Origin: Demequinaceae bacterium
GTDB taxonomy: Bacteria > Actinomycetota > Actinomycetes > Actinomycetales > Demequinaceae
Direction: 5' to 3'
DNA: 32,000 bases
Assembly (NCBI GenBank): GCA_965250005.1
Contig: OZ252279.1
Span: 570,001-602,000 of the forward strand
Of this stretch, positions 9,822-20,183 are shown piece after piece. Under the pieces are notes generated by a model. That model was not told where the DNA came from and searched no databases. It was given only the letters and a program-made list of their open reading frames with translations. Positions within the stretch are counted from its first letter, which is position 1, and each line of letters opens with the position of its first letter. Position numbers and translations under genes: made by a program.

Positions 9822-10407
9822 GCGAGGCTCCCATTTCTTGGAGCGCGCGGCGCAGCGTGTCGGGCACATCGGCGTCCGTCACGGGCCCGTCGGTCACGGA
9901 CGCAACGGCGGCCTCGGCGGCCTTGGGTGCCCACCCCAGGCCCGCCAGCGCGTCCACAACGGCCCCGCGGCCGTCTCCCCTAGGAACGGCGCCATCTGAC
10001 AGTTGGGGCAGCGAGAGCTTGCCGCCCAGCTCAAGCAGGAGCCTGCTCGCAACTTTGGCGCCAACGCCGGGAACGCGCTCAAGCGCAGCCCTGTCCCCCG
10101 CCGCGACCGCCGAAGAGAGGTCGTCGGGAGCGTGCACCGCGAGCATCGCGAGGGCGAGCCTGGGGCCCACCCCGCTCACCGACTGCAGAATTGAGAACGT
10201 GTCGCGTTCCTGGGCTGACGCAAAGCCATACAGCGTGAGCGAGTCCTCCCTCACGATCAGGTTGGTGTGCAGCACAGCCTGCTGACGCATGTGGAGTTCT
10301 GACAGTGTGCGCGGGGTCGACAACACCTGCATCCCGATGCCGCCCACGTCCACCACGACGTACGACGCGGTAACGGTCAGTACCGTTCCGGACACCTGTG
10401 AGATCAC
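9814..10407 (-). CDS. ruvA: Holliday junction DNA helicase RuvA
   Basis: [34 protein letters not shown]..., [23 protein letters not shown] and [17 protein letters not shown] helix-hairpin-helix motifs. Confidence 0.96.
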   Translation of the reverse strand: MISQVSGTVLTVTASYVVVDVGGIGMQVLSTPRTLSELHMRQQAVLHTNLIVREDSLTLYGFASAQERDTFSILQSVSGVGPRLALAMLAVHAPDDLSSAVAAGDRAALERVPGVGAKVASRLLLELGGKLSLPQLSDGAVPRGDGRGAVVDALAGLGWAPKAAEAAVASVTDGPVTDADVPDTLRRALQEMGASRG

Positions 10408-10464
10408 TGCGCCTCCTGCGCTACTCGAACGTATGTACGAACAACGCTACGGTACCAACGTCCG

Positions 10465-11067
10465 CTAGGTCCGGCGGCGCGCCGGGCGTGTCTTGCCGCC
10501 GGGGTCGAGCCCTCGCGCGCCCTTGGTTGCCGCCTCATCACGTGCCTGCGCCCACCGCAACTGGGCGGACGTCGCAGCGCCACCCCCAGGTAGCGGCGCG
10601 CCGCGCCAGGCGTGGCAGATGGCGATCGCTAGGGCGTCCGCGGCGTCCGCGGGCTTGGGCGGCTCCGATAGGCCCAGGATCGTGGCGACCATGACTCCCA
10701 CCTGGGCCTTCGCGGCACGACCGGAGCCGGTCACCGCGGCCTTGACCTCGGACGGCGTGTACATGGCGACCGGGATGCCGTGGCGGTGCGCGGCAAGCAT
10801 CACCACCCCGGATACCTGTGCGGTGCCCATGACCGTGCTCACGTTGTGCTGGGAGAAGACGCGCTCGAGCGCGATCGCACCGGGCTTGTGGCGATCAAGT
10901 TGAACGTCCAGAGCGTCGGCGACGGCGCCTAGCCTTGCTGGGATCGGGTCGTCCGGGCTGGTATTGGACACACCTACGCTGATCATCGAGACCAGCCGGG
11001 CGCCGCGGGTTTCGACCACGCCAAACCCGCTACGCGTGAGGCCCGGGTCAACGCCAAGTATGATCAT
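10465..11067 (-). CDS. ruvC: Crossover junction endodeoxyribonuclease RuvC
   Basis: [19 protein letters not shown]..., [58 protein letters not shown] catalytic region. Confidence 0.97.
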   Translation of the reverse strand: MIILGVDPGLTRSGFGVVETRGARLVSMISVGVSNTSPDDPIPARLGAVADALDVQLDRHKPGAIALERVFSQHNVSTVMGTAQVSGVVMLAAHRHGIPVAMYTPSEVKAAVTGSGRAAKAQVGVMVATILGLSEPPKPADAADALAIAICHAWRGAPLPGGGAATSAQLRWAQARDEAATKGARGLDPGGKTRPARRRT

Positions 11068-11070
11068 GCG

Positions 11071-11826
11071 CTACTCCGAAGCTGCGGCCAGCACCTCGTC
11101 GGAGGCGTCGAAGTTGGCGAAGACATTCTGCACATCGTCGCTGTCTTCGAGGGCTTCGATGAGCCGCAACATCTTCTTGGTCCCCTCAACGTCGACCTCG
11201 ACCTGGACGGACGGGATGAACGCGGGTTCGGCCTGTTCGTATTCGATATCGGCCGCCTGGAGTGCGGAGCGAACGGCCACGAAGTCGTTTGGCTCAGAGA
11301 GGATCTCGTACACGGCGCCTAGGTCGTTGATTTCCTCTGCTCCAGCATCGAGCGTCGCCTCCATAATCGCGTCCTCGGTGGCGCCGCCTTCCTTGTCGAC
11401 AATCACCTGTCCCTTGCGCGCGAACATGTAGGAGACACTGCCCGGCTCCGCTAGCGATCCCCCGTTGTGGTTGAATGCGGTGCGCACCTCGGTGGCTGCG
11501 CGGTTGCGGTTGTCAGTGAGGCACTCGATGAGCACGGCCACGCCGCCGGGACCGTAGCCCTCGTACATGATCGTCTCGTAATCTGCGCCGCCTGCCTCTT
11601 CGCCGGAGCCGCGCTTGTGAGCGCGGTCAATGTTGGCGTTCGGAACCGAGGACTTCTTGGCCTTCTGGATCGCGTCGTAGAGCGTGGGGTTGCCGTTGAT
11701 ATCGCCGCCGCCGATGCGCGCCGCGACTTCGATGTTCTTGACGAGCTTGGCGAAAAGTTTGCTGCGCTTGGCGTCAACAATCGCCTTCTTGTGCTTCGTA
11801 GTTGCCCACTTGGAATGCCCGGACAC
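11071..11826 (-). CDS. YebC/PmpR family DNA-binding regulatory protein
   Basis: [37 protein letters not shown]...[41 protein letters not shown]. Track ORF extends to 11838; GTG at 11826 gives the canonical (M)SGHSKW start. Confidence 0.95.
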   Translation of the reverse strand: MSGHSKWATTKHKKAIVDAKRSKLFAKLVKNIEVAARIGGGDINGNPTLYDAIQKAKKSSVPNANIDRAHKRGSGEEAGGADYETIMYEGYGPGGVAVLIECLTDNRNRAATEVRTAFNHNGGSLAEPGSVSYMFARKGQVIVDKEGGATEDAIMEATLDAGAEEINDLGAVYEILSEPNDFVAVRSALQAADIEYEQAEPAFIPSVQVEVDVEGTKKMLRLIEALEDSDDVQNVFANFDASDEVLAAASE

Positions 11827-11876
11827 GATGCTCCTCACTGATCGCCTGCGACGGTGGCGCGCGGCCCATGTCCAGT

Positions 11877-12518
11877 CTAGGGCAGGTCGGGTCCCTCAAT
11901 CGCGGCGCGTTCCTGCTTGCGCAGGCGTACCCCTGACGAGCGCAACTCGAGGCTGGCAAGCTCACGTAGAACGCCCTCATCGCGGCGGCGCCACGCCCCC
12001 GCCGGGTCCTCGTGCACGGTGGCGAGCGCCGTGAGCTTCTGGCTCGTGAGCGCTCGTAGCGCGAGGAGGTCCACGCTGTTCTCGTGCGAGAGCATCGCCT
12101 TGGCCTTCGCCGCCTTGAGCGCGAAGCGCAGGCGTGGCACTAGCCAGAAGATCAGGATGGTGAGAATCGGGAGCACTGTGATGCCGACCCCCAGTCCGAT
12201 GGCGAGGTCGTGAACGGCCTCCTGTTGCGCAATCCCGGCCTCCTCAAGCTGCCTGCCCGCACCCGAAGCGGCGTCGAACGGCAGCCGGATACCGTCCCCG
12301 ATTAGCCACACCTCGCCCAGGTCGTTCCCGATGTTCGTCATGGTCGCCCGCAGCCCAGCGCCCGCCAGCTCCATTCGCTCGCCGTAGCCCGCAAGTTTGG
12401 ACACGAGAGAGTAGAGCCAGTAGCCGAGCCACACCCAGAGCCCGATGTTGAGCGCTGAGAGCAGGTCGAAAGTGATCTGACGGGCGCGATGGCCGCGGTA
12501 ATCCGAGTAGAGCTTCAT
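11877..12518 (-). CDS. Putative membrane protein, two predicted TM segments
   Basis: From internal ATG ([14 protein letters not shown]): TM-like [18 protein letters not shown] and [21 protein letters not shown] with a charged C-terminus. Colinear with pdxT and yebC. Confidence 0.7.
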   Translation of the reverse strand: MKLYSDYRGHRARQITFDLLSALNIGLWVWLGYWLYSLVSKLAGYGERMELAGAGLRATMTNIGNDLGEVWLIGDGIRLPFDAASGAGRQLEEAGIAQQEAVHDLAIGLGVGITVLPILTILIFWLVPRLRFALKAAKAKAMLSHENSVDLLALRALTSQKLTALATVHEDPAGAWRRRDEGVLRELASLELRSSGVRLRKQERAAIEGPDLP

Positions 12519-12552
12519 GCGTCCATCTTCACCGAGAAGCGCCGCTTTGTCG

Positions 12553-13173
12553 CTAGCGGCTGTCTGGGGCCGCGCGAACCATGTCCACAAAGTATTGATG
12601 CACGCGCAGATCGCCGGAGATTTCGGGGTGGAACGCGGTCGCCATCAGGCTGCCGTGGCGCACGGCCACTACGCGACCTCCGTGGGCGTGATCGGTGGCG
12701 AGGACTTCGACGTCAGCTGCGTGGTCCTCGACCCACGGTGCGCGAATGAACGTGGCAGTCATGTCGGTGCCGTCAGGCTCCCACGTGAGGAGCACCTCGC
12801 TCGAGTCCACCTGCCTGCCGAACGCGTTGCGGCGAACCGTCATGGGGATTCCACCCAGCGTCTGCTGGTCGTGAGATCCGTCAACGATCACGTCTGCGAG
12901 CAGGATCATGCCCGCGCACGATCCGAATACGGGCAGGCCCGCGGCGATCCGCTCACGCAGAGGCTCGCGCAAGTCGAAGATGCGCAGCAGCTTGTCTATC
13001 GTGGTGGATTCGCCGCCGGGAAGAACGAGAGCGTCGACAGCCTGAAGATCGGCAAGCCGCCGCACGCGGGCGGTCTCCACGCCGCACGCCGCAAGGGCGC
13101 GCACGTGCTCGTGTACGTCCCCTTGCAAGGCGAGCACGCCCACGGTCACGTCCGCTTTCGCTTTCGCATCCAT
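12553..13173 (-). CDS. pdxT: Pyridoxal 5'-phosphate synthase glutaminase subunit PdxT
   Basis: VGVLALQGDVHEHVRAL, LVLPGGESTTIDKLLR, GLPVFGSCAGMILLA, FHPEISGDLRVHQYF. Start taken at MDAKAKADVTVG (13173). Confidence 0.96.
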   Translation of the reverse strand: MDAKAKADVTVGVLALQGDVHEHVRALAACGVETARVRRLADLQAVDALVLPGGESTTIDKLLRIFDLREPLRERIAAGLPVFGSCAGMILLADVIVDGSHDQQTLGGIPMTVRRNAFGRQVDSSEVLLTWEPDGTDMTATFIRAPWVEDHAADVEVLATDHAHGGRVVAVRHGSLMATAFHPEISGDLRVHQYFVDMVRAAPDSR

Positions 13174-13175
13174 GT

Positions 13176-13718
13176 TCACCCTCCTTCGCCCAGTTGCCGC
13201 AGCACGCCATCCCAAGGCATGACTGTTTCCAACAATTCTCCCAGTCTTTCGGGAAACACTTCGATGTCCATGGCGGTCACCTCACTGGGCACCCACCAGC
13301 GAACCTCGTCGAGCATGTCGCGCTCGACCTCGCTCCACTCTGTGGGCACGCGAGACGCGCCGGCTTCCACCCGGGCCACAAAGAACACCTCATGCTGGCG
13401 GTACGGCATGTCCATGAAATCGAAGATCGCGGTTCGCTCCCACACGGGACCCACAAGTGACTCGGGATCAACGACGTAGCCGACCTCCTCACGTAGCTCG
13501 CGCACGGCCGCCTCACGGTGCGACTCCCCCGCGTCCAGGCCTCCGCCAACCGAGAACCACCAAGACCGGCTGGGCTGAGCTGGATCGTGCCCTCGCAGCA
13601 GGAGCACGCGCCCGTCGTCACCGAGGACGATGACACGCGCAGCCTCGCGGGGCGACTGGGCTGTGCCGTGCGACTCAACTATTCCTGAAGAATCGGTCGT
13701 GCCGTGCGGCTCAGGCAC
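13176..13718 (-). CDS. NUDIX hydrolase
   Basis: Nudix box GGGLDAGESHREAAVRELREEVGYVV within the minus-strand ORF 13176..14258. The upstream part of that ORF is antisense-frame overlap with pdxS; a GTG at 13718 (VPEPHGTTDSSG...) gives a start 8 nt after the pdxS stop. Confidence 0.85.
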   Translation of the reverse strand: MPEPHGTTDSSGIVESHGTAQSPREAARVIVLGDDGRVLLLRGHDPAQPSRSWWFSVGGGLDAGESHREAAVRELREEVGYVVDPESLVGPVWERTAIFDFMDMPYRQHEVFFVARVEAGASRVPTEWSEVERDMLDEVRWWVPSEVTAMDIEVFPERLGELLETVMPWDGVLRQLGEGG

Positions 13719-13726
13719 GAGTGCGG

Positions 13727-14632
13727 CTACCAGCCGCGTTCGGCCAGGCGGTGCGGCTCGGGGACGTCCTCCACATTGATGCCCACCATGGCCTCGCCCA
13801 GGCCGCGCGACACATCGGCGATCACCTTGGCGTCGTCGAAGAACGTGGTGGCCTTGACGATCGCTGCGGCCCGCTCTGCTGGGTTGCCGGACTTGAAGAT
13901 TCCGGAACCGACGAATACGCCCTCCGCGCCCAACTGCATCATCATCGCGGCGTCTGCCGGGGTGGCGATGCCGCCTGCCACGAACATCACCACGGGAAGT
14001 TTGCCGGTCTCGGCTACCTCCTTGACCAGCTGATACGGCGCCTGGAGATCCTTGGCGGCAACGTAGAGTTCGTCGGCTTTCATCGAGCTCAGGCGCGCGA
14101 TTTCCGCGCTGATCGTTCGCATGTGCTTGGTCGCGTTCGAGACATCCCCGGTGCCGGCCTCGCCCTTGGAGCGGATCATCGCCGCGCCCTCGGAGATGCG
14201 GCGTAGCGCCTCGCCCAGGTTCGTTGCACCGCACACGAACGGCACGGTGAATTGCCACTTGTCGATGTGGTTGGCGTAGTCGGCTGGCGTCAGCACCTCA
14301 GACTCGTCAACGTAGTCGACGCCAAGGCTCTGCAACACTTGCGCCTCAACAAAGTGGCCGATGCGCGCTTTGGCCATCACGGGGATGGAGACAGTGTCGA
14401 TGATCCCCTGGATGAGGTCGGGGTCACTCATGCGCGCCACGCCGCCCTGCGAGCGAATGTCAGCGGGAACGCGCTCGAGCGCCATCACGGCGACCGCGCC
14501 AGCATCTTCGGCGATCTTGGCCTGCTCGGCGGTCACCACGTCCATGATGACGCCGCCCTTGAGCATCTCGGCCATGCCGCGCTTCACCAAATCGGTGCCC
14601 ACTTGAGGGGTCTTGCTGGCCTTGTCAGTCAT
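13727..14632 (-). CDS. pdxS: Pyridoxal 5'-phosphate synthase lyase subunit PdxS
   Basis: [45 protein letters not shown]...[25 protein letters not shown]...[32 protein letters not shown]. Confidence 0.98.
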   Translation of the reverse strand: MTDKASKTPQVGTDLVKRGMAEMLKGGVIMDVVTAEQAKIAEDAGAVAVMALERVPADIRSQGGVARMSDPDLIQGIIDTVSIPVMAKARIGHFVEAQVLQSLGVDYVDESEVLTPADYANHIDKWQFTVPFVCGATNLGEALRRISEGAAMIRSKGEAGTGDVSNATKHMRTISAEIARLSSMKADELYVAAKDLQAPYQLVKEVAETGKLPVVMFVAGGIATPADAAMMMQLGAEGVFVGSGIFKSGNPAERAAAIVKATTFFDDAKVIADVSRGLGEAMVGINVEDVPEPHRLAERGW

Positions 14633-14681
14633 GTCCGGATCCCGTTCCGCTCGTCCCTGGTGCCGCTCGACAACCCCTGTA

Positions 14682-15803
14682 CTACTCCGCGTTCATTCTA
14701 ATCGCGTCGCGGTACGTCTCCTCAACGCGCGGAACCACATTCTCCCAGTCGAACAGCGCGGCGCACTTCTGGCCCCGCTTGGCCAGCGCAGTTCGCTTGG
14801 CGGGGTCGAGGAGCAGAGCGGACACTTGCTCTGCCATGTGTTCCCAGTCGCCCACGCGATGGATCAATGCCGCTGGCTCTTTCTCTGCGGCCGTGGCGAC
14901 GTCCACGAATGCCTTGAGGTCGCTCGCGACCACCGCGGTGCCCGCCGCCATCGCCTCAACCAGGACGATGCCGAAGCTCTCCCCCTCGGTGTTTGGTACG
15001 CAGTAGACGTCCACGGACGCCATAAACCGCTGCTTGTCGTTCTCATCGAGCTCGCCAACTATCTCGGCGCCCGCGGCCATCGCCTTCTGCGCGGTGCGCT
15101 TGCTGAAACGGCCTGCCACGAGGAAGCGCGCGCCGGGAACGCGTTTGCGCACCTCGGGGATCATCGCGAGGAAATCGTCCATGCCCTTACGCGGTTCGTC
15201 CATGCGGCCAAGGATCGCGACCGTGGGCGCGCCCTTCTCACCCTGCCAGGCCTTGCGCGGTACGGCGGTGCTGAACGATCGGGTGGTGACGCCGTTGGGG
15301 ATAACGTGCGTTGGCGCCAGCTTGAAGTGCTCCTGCAGTGTGCGGTCTGCTGACGGTGAGACCGCGATGCGCGCGTCGAGCACCTCCATGCTGGGCTTCA
15401 CGAACGGTTTGGCCAGGCGCATCACGATCGAGTCATCTTTGGAGACGTGGAACGTGCCCACCGTGGGGCCGACGCGCGCCCACATGGCCAGCAGCCCCAC
15501 GGATGGGACCCCGGGCTCGTGAACGTGCACCACGTCGAAGTTTCCTTCGCGCAGCCATTCGCGAACCTTGAGGGCAGTGAAGATGCCGATGGTAACTCGT
15601 GCCGTCGCGCCGTTGTAGTGAATCGAAATAGGCCGGCCCGTCATGCTGTCCACATAAGCGGGGACCACTAAGTATGCGTTGGCGGGGGCGAGCACACGCA
15701 CGTCGTGGCCCTGGTCGATAAGTGCGGAAGCGAGCTCCGTCACGTGCAACTGCACGCCGCCTGGGCGGTCGAGCGAGTATGGACAGACGATCCCGATCTT
15801 CAT
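14682..15803 (-). CDS. pimA: Glycosyltransferase family 4, probable phosphatidyl-myo-inositol alpha-mannosyltransferase
   Basis: [40 protein letters not shown]..., [41 protein letters not shown]; next to acyltransferase and PIP synthase genes. Confidence 0.93.
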   Translation of the reverse strand: MKIGIVCPYSLDRPGGVQLHVTELASALIDQGHDVRVLAPANAYLVVPAYVDSMTGRPISIHYNGATARVTIGIFTALKVREWLREGNFDVVHVHEPGVPSVGLLAMWARVGPTVGTFHVSKDDSIVMRLAKPFVKPSMEVLDARIAVSPSADRTLQEHFKLAPTHVIPNGVTTRSFSTAVPRKAWQGEKGAPTVAILGRMDEPRKGMDDFLAMIPEVRKRVPGARFLVAGRFSKRTAQKAMAAGAEIVGELDENDKQRFMASVDVYCVPNTEGESFGIVLVEAMAAGTAVVASDLKAFVDVATAAEKEPAALIHRVGDWEHMAEQVSALLLDPAKRTALAKRGQKCAALFDWENVVPRVEETYRDAIRMNAE

Positions 15804-16693
15804 TCAATCCACCCGAACCGCTGAAGCATGTGCCAGTCCTCGGGGTGCACCGCGATCTTCTCGGAGAGAGCGGTGGCCCACAGGTGCGTCATGGCTACGA
15901 CGCGTTCAGACTTGTCTCCTTCGGAAACTTCGATCGGCTCTCCGAAGTCCATGACGGTTCCCCATCGCGAGCGTGCCTTCCACCGGCGCCGGCCGTGGAG
16001 CTTCTCGTAGTAGACGGCGAGCGGATAGAGAGTAGTGCCTGTGGCGAGAGCGAGCGCCGCCGGGCCGGGAGCGACGCGCACGCCGTGCCCCCACATGGTG
16101 GTCTCAACGCCGTCGCCGCTCAGGTCGCGGTCGGCGAGGAGTGCGAGGACACCGCCCTCGGTCTTGCCAAGTCGAATCAGTTGCCTGAACGTGGTGCTGC
16201 CCTCGTGTCCGAGCACAGTCATGCCGAGCTTCTCCCGAAATGCGACGAACTCGTCGAAGACTTCTCGCGGCTCGAGGACCTCCGCGACCGTGCGCACTGG
16301 ACCGTAGTTGCGCGACGTCCACGCGCCAACCATGTCCCAGTTGCCCGAGTGGCTGAGCACCACCGAGATGCACTCGTGCGCCCGAATCTGCTCGAGCGCG
16401 TGGGCGTCGGCTCCCGTGGTCCGGACGCGGGCGTCCATCGCGGAATGTGTCAACCTGCCGAGCTCGAAGACCTCGGCCCAGTAGCGCGCGTACGAGGACA
16501 TGCCGCGTCGGCTGAGGCGACGCAGTGCGCGACCCTCTAGCCCGGTGACGCGGTAAAGGTTCTCCTCGAACCGATGGGTCATCTTGCCGTTCTTGGCCCA
16601 GGCCCCCCACGCGGCCAGGCCGACGATGGCGCGGATCAGGTTGATCGGCAGGAAGGGTGCGACGCGGGTCGCGACCAGATAAGGGTCGGCCAT
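15800..16693 (-). CDS. patA: Phosphatidylinositol mannoside acyltransferase (HtrB/LpxL-like lysophospholipid acyltransferase family)
   Basis: Acyltransferase signatures VVLSHSGNWDMVGAW and GVLALLADRDLSGDGVETTMWGH; ATGA overlap with pimA. Confidence 0.88.
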   Translation of the reverse strand: MADPYLVATRVAPFLPINLIRAIVGLAAWGAWAKNGKMTHRFEENLYRVTGLEGRALRRLSRRGMSSYARYWAEVFELGRLTHSAMDARVRTTGADAHALEQIRAHECISVVLSHSGNWDMVGAWTSRNYGPVRTVAEVLEPREVFDEFVAFREKLGMTVLGHEGSTTFRQLIRLGKTEGGVLALLADRDLSGDGVETTMWGHGVRVAPGPAALALATGTTLYPLAVYYEKLHGRRRWKARSRWGTVMDFGEPIEVSEGDKSERVVAMTHLWATALSEKIAVHPEDWHMLQRFGWIE

Positions 16694-16696
16694 CAG

Positions 16697-17326
16697 TCAG
16701 CCCTCCACCGTCGGGATCGCAGGGTCCTTGCGGCTTGCCCGCGCGACGGCGGCGGTGCGCTGACCCACGGTGATGGCCGCGAGCACCGCGAGGACAATCA
16801 ACGTGTACGTCAGGACCGCGAGCGGGAGCCCGAGCCCCACGAAGCCGGCGGCGGTGAGGCCAAAGAATAGCCGATCGCCGCGCTCGGCGATGCCCATCTT
16901 GGCCTCGATGCCGAGGCTCTCGGCGCGGGCACGCGCGTAGGGGACGACGGACCCGATCCCCATGCATGCGAGCGCGGCCAGCGCCGTGGGGCGGTGCACG
17001 TCGAGGAATGCCCACGTGAGCGCGCCGAACACCGCAGCATCCGCCACGCGGTCCAGCGTGGAGTCGAGGAAGGCTCCCAGGCGCGAGCTCGTGCCGCTCA
17101 GCCGCGCCATGGTGCCGTCGAGCATGTCGGTCACCAAGAACAGGCCGCAGACGAACGCTCCGATGAACAGGTTGAAGTCGCCGCGCGGCAGCCACCAGAT
17201 CGCGGAGGCGACCACGCCGATGGTCCCGAAGATGGTGATCCCGTTGGGGGTCACGCCAATCTTGAGGAGCCCCTTGGCGGGCGCCCGCCAGAGTCTGCCC
17301 ATCGCGGGCCTGAGCCATCCGAGCAT
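16697..17326 (-). CDS. pgsA: CDP-alcohol phosphatidyltransferase, probable phosphatidylinositol phosphate synthase
   Basis: CDP-AP motif DGTMARLSGTSSRLGAFLDSTLD (D-G-x2-A-R-x8-G-x3-D-x3-D). Track ORF starts 17365; the ATG at 17326 (MLGWLRPAMG) forms a TAATG junction with the HIT gene stop and is preferred. Confidence 0.88.
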   Translation of the reverse strand: MLGWLRPAMGRLWRAPAKGLLKIGVTPNGITIFGTIGVVASAIWWLPRGDFNLFIGAFVCGLFLVTDMLDGTMARLSGTSSRLGAFLDSTLDRVADAAVFGALTWAFLDVHRPTALAALACMGIGSVVPYARARAESLGIEAKMGIAERGDRLFFGLTAAGFVGLGLPLAVLTYTLIVLAVLAAITVGQRTAAVARASRKDPAIPTVEG

Positions 17327-17913
17327 TAGGCGGATTCCTTCCACGCTTCGCTTACGCGTTGCCACGTGTCGTCAAGCAACTCGGGCACCGCCTTGGTCTT
17401 TGCAATGATCGGTAGGAAGTTTGAGTCGCCCACCCAGCGCGGAACTACGTGCTGGTGGAGGTGCTCGACAATTCCCGCACCACCAACCATGCCCTGATTC
17501 ATGCCGATGTTGAACCCCTGGGTGCCGCTCACGGCCTCGAGCACGCGCATGGCCTGCTGTGTCATGGCCGACATTTCGTCGCGTTCCGCGTCGGTGGCGT
17601 CCGTGTACAGGCCCACGTGGCGGTACGGGCAGACCATCAGGTGGCCAGGGTTGTACGGGTACAGGTTGAGCACGGCGTAGTTGTGCTCGCCGCGGGCAAC
17701 CACGAGCTGCTTACGGTCCTCTGCGGGATCTTTCGCGCACAGCACGCAGCCGGTTTCGGGCGTGAGGCCCTCGCGGTCGGATGCTTCCTTGACGTAGGCC
17801 ATGCGGTGTGGGGTCCATAGTCGCTCGAACCCGTCGGGCACGCCGCCCATGGTCTCGCTCGGCACGGCGTTTTCAGTCGACGCAGGGTTCTCGGGCGAAA
17901 TCGCGTCGGCCAT
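17326..17913 (-). CDS. HIT domain-containing protein (HIT/galT-like hydrolase)
   Basis: CVLCAKD...NLYPYNPGHLMVCPYRHVG... and HLHQHVVPRW histidine triad. Confidence 0.92.
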   Translation of the reverse strand: MADAISPENPASTENAVPSETMGGVPDGFERLWTPHRMAYVKEASDREGLTPETGCVLCAKDPAEDRKQLVVARGEHNYAVLNLYPYNPGHLMVCPYRHVGLYTDATDAERDEMSAMTQQAMRVLEAVSGTQGFNIGMNQGMVGGAGIVEHLHQHVVPRWVGDSNFLPIIAKTKAVPELLDDTWQRVSEAWKESA

Positions 17914-17915
17914 GA

Positions 17916-19913
17916 CTAGACCTGCTCTTTGGACTCGACCGCAGCGACGATGCGCTTGATCGCCTCGGCGACGGGCACTTGATTCTCTTGCGTGCCGTCG
18001 CGGAACCGGAAGCTCACGGCGCCCGCCTCTTTGTCCTCGCCGCCCGCGATGAGCGTGAACGGCACCTTGGATTTGGACGCGTTGCGGATCTTCTTGGGGA
18101 AGCGCTCGTCGCTGTCGTCGATATGGGCTCGCACGCCCGCGGCGCGCAGCTGGGCGATGACGTCAGCGAGGTAGTCGTTGAAGGGCTCCGCGACTGGGAT
18201 GCCGAGCACCTGCACGGGCGCAAGCCACGTAGGGAAGGCACCGGCATAGTGCTCGGTGAGGATCGCGAAGAACCGCTCAATCGAGCCGAACAACGCGCGG
18301 TGAATCATGACGGGGCGTTGGCGCGAGCCGTCCGACGCGGTGTACTCGAGCTCGAACCGCTCGGGCAGGTTGAAGTCCAACTGGATGGTGGACATCTGCC
18401 ACGTGCGGCCGATGGCGTCGCGGGCCTGGACGGAAAGCTTGGGGCCGTAGAACGCGGCGCCCTCGGGGTCGGGGACCAGCTCAAGGCCGGAGGCCTCTCC
18501 CACCTGACGCAGAGTCTCGGTGGCCTCTTCCCATATCTCGTCGGTGCCGACGGACTTCTCGGGGTTGCGCGTGGACATTTCGAGGAAAAAGTCGTTGAGC
18601 CCGTAGTCCTTGAGCAGGCCGAGCACAAAGTTGAGGGTGGTGGTGAGCTCGTCCTTCATCTGCTCGCGCGTGCAGTAGATGTGGGCGTCGTCCTGGGTGA
18701 AGCCGCGCGCCCGGGTCAGGCCGTGCACTACGCCGGACTTCTCGTTGCGGTAGACGGTGCCAAACTCGAACAAGCGCATGGGCAGCTCGCGGTACGAGCG
18801 GCCGCGGGCGCTGAAGATCAGGTTGTGCATGGGGCAGTTCATGGGCTTCAGGTAGTAGTCCTGGCCCTGCTTGGTGATCTCGCCTTCGGCGTTGCGTTCC
18901 TCGTCCATGTGCATGGGCGGGTACATGCCGTCTGCGTACCACTCGAGGTGTCCGGAGGTCTCGAACAGCTGTGCCTTGGTGGCGTGCGGCGAGTAGACGA
19001 AGTCGTAGCCCTCCTCGATGTGGCGGCGGCGCGAATACTCCTCCATCTCGTGGCGGATGATGCCGCCCTTGGGGTGGAAGACGGCCAGCCCCGAGCCGAT
19101 TTCATCCGGGAAGCTAAAGAGGTCCATCTCCGCGCCCAGGCGGCGGTGGTCGCGGCGCTCGGCCTCGGCCAGGCGGGTCTTGTACGCGGTGAGCTCGTCC
19201 TTGGTGGGCCACGCGGTGCCGTAGACGCGCTGGAGCTGTTGGTTGCGCTGGTCGCCGCGCCAATAGGCGGCGGCGCTGCGCATGATCGACCAGCCGTTGG
19301 CGAGGATCTTGGTGTTGGGAACGTGTGGGCCGCGGCACAGGTCTTTCCACTGCGTCTCGCCCTGGCGGTTGAGGTTGTCGTAGATGGTGAGCTCACCTTC
19401 GCCCACCTCGACGCTCGCGCCCTCGGTGTCGGCGCTGTTGCCTTTAAGTCCCACGAGCTCGATCTTGTACGGCTCATCTGCGAGTTCCGCGAGGGCCTCT
19501 TTCTCCGTGACCACGCGGCGGCGGAAGGTCTGACCTTCCTTGACGATTCGTTGCATGGCCTTCTCGACGGCCTTGAGGTCCTCGGGCTGGAACGGCTCGT
19601 CCACGTCGAAGTCGTAGTAGAAGCCGTTTTCAATGGGCGGGCCGATGCCCAGCTTGGCGGTGGGGTGCAGTTTTTGGACGGCCTGAGCCGCGACGTGTGC
19701 GGCAGAGTGGCGGAGCACGGAGAGCCCGTCCTCGGAGTCGATGGTGACGGCCTCGACGGCGTCGCCATCCGCGAGCCCGTGCGCGAGGTCGCGCAGCTCT
19801 CCGTTGACGCGGATCACGACCACCTCGCGGCGCTCGGCGAACACGTCGGTGCCCGTCGTCCCGGCGTCAATCTTGCGCTGGTCGCCGTCGATGGTCACGG
19901 TGATGCTGGCCAC
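17916..19913 (-). CDS. thrS: Threonyl-tRNA synthetase
   Basis: 665 aa; TGS domain, [76 protein letters not shown]. Confidence 0.98.
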   Translation of the reverse strand: MASITVTIDGDQRKIDAGTTGTDVFAERREVVVIRVNGELRDLAHGLADGDAVEAVTIDSEDGLSVLRHSAAHVAAQAVQKLHPTAKLGIGPPIENGFYYDFDVDEPFQPEDLKAVEKAMQRIVKEGQTFRRRVVTEKEALAELADEPYKIELVGLKGNSADTEGASVEVGEGELTIYDNLNRQGETQWKDLCRGPHVPNTKILANGWSIMRSAAAYWRGDQRNQQLQRVYGTAWPTKDELTAYKTRLAEAERRDHRRLGAEMDLFSFPDEIGSGLAVFHPKGGIIRHEMEEYSRRRHIEEGYDFVYSPHATKAQLFETSGHLEWYADGMYPPMHMDEERNAEGEITKQGQDYYLKPMNCPMHNLIFSARGRSYRELPMRLFEFGTVYRNEKSGVVHGLTRARGFTQDDAHIYCTREQMKDELTTTLNFVLGLLKDYGLNDFFLEMSTRNPEKSVGTDEIWEEATETLRQVGEASGLELVPDPEGAAFYGPKLSVQARDAIGRTWQMSTIQLDFNLPERFELEYTASDGSRQRPVMIHRALFGSIERFFAILTEHYAGAFPTWLAPVQVLGIPVAEPFNDYLADVIAQLRAAGVRAHIDDSDERFPKKIRNASKSKVPFTLIAGGEDKEAGAVSFRFRDGTQENQVPVAEAIKRIVAAVESKEQV

Positions 19914-19946
19914 TGCTACTCCCTTGGTTGATACTCAACCTGAATG

Positions 19947-20183
19947 CTACCGAGAGTCGGGCGCGGCGGGTTGCGCTCGGCGCACGACTTCAAGCGCCTT
20001 AACCCAGTCTTCCCACATCGCCGGGTCCGATGACTCGCCTTTGCCTTCAGTTTCGACGTCATCAAGTACGGTCACCAGTGCATATCCGGGCGCTCGATCG
20101 ACGAACATGCGCAAGAATTCCACCATCGCGAGGTAGCCCTCGCGATTCGAGTGTGTGTCACTCGGTCTAGGCGTTCGGACCAT
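19947..20183 (-). CDS. Small conserved-looking hypothetical protein; resembles small immunity-type proteins
   Basis: About 78 aa from internal ATG (MVRTPRPSDTHSNREGYLAMVEFLRMFVDRAPGYALVTVLDDVETEGKGESSDPAMWEDWVKALEVV...). 'EGYLAMVEFL...ESSDPAMWEDWVKAL' has the look of small orphan immunity proteins; no search run. Confidence 0.6.
   Translation of the reverse strand: MVRTPRPSDTHSNREGYLAMVEFLRMFVDRAPGYALVTVLDDVETEGKGESSDPAMWEDWVKALEVVRRAQPAAPDSR

Noticed and set aside
13719-14258. N-terminal half of the 360-aa ORF 13176..14258
   Set aside because: Out-of-frame overlap with pdxS; the real NUDIX gene begins near 13718.
16104-17318. 404-aa minus-strand ORF overlapping patA and the PIP synthase gene in another frame
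   Set aside because: Arg/His/Gly-rich out-of-frame product; both overlapped genes have clear domain motifs.
17979-19931. 650-aa plus-strand ORF antisense to thrS
   Set aside because: Shadow ORF of a high-GC gene; the opposite strand encodes an unambiguous full-length ThrS.
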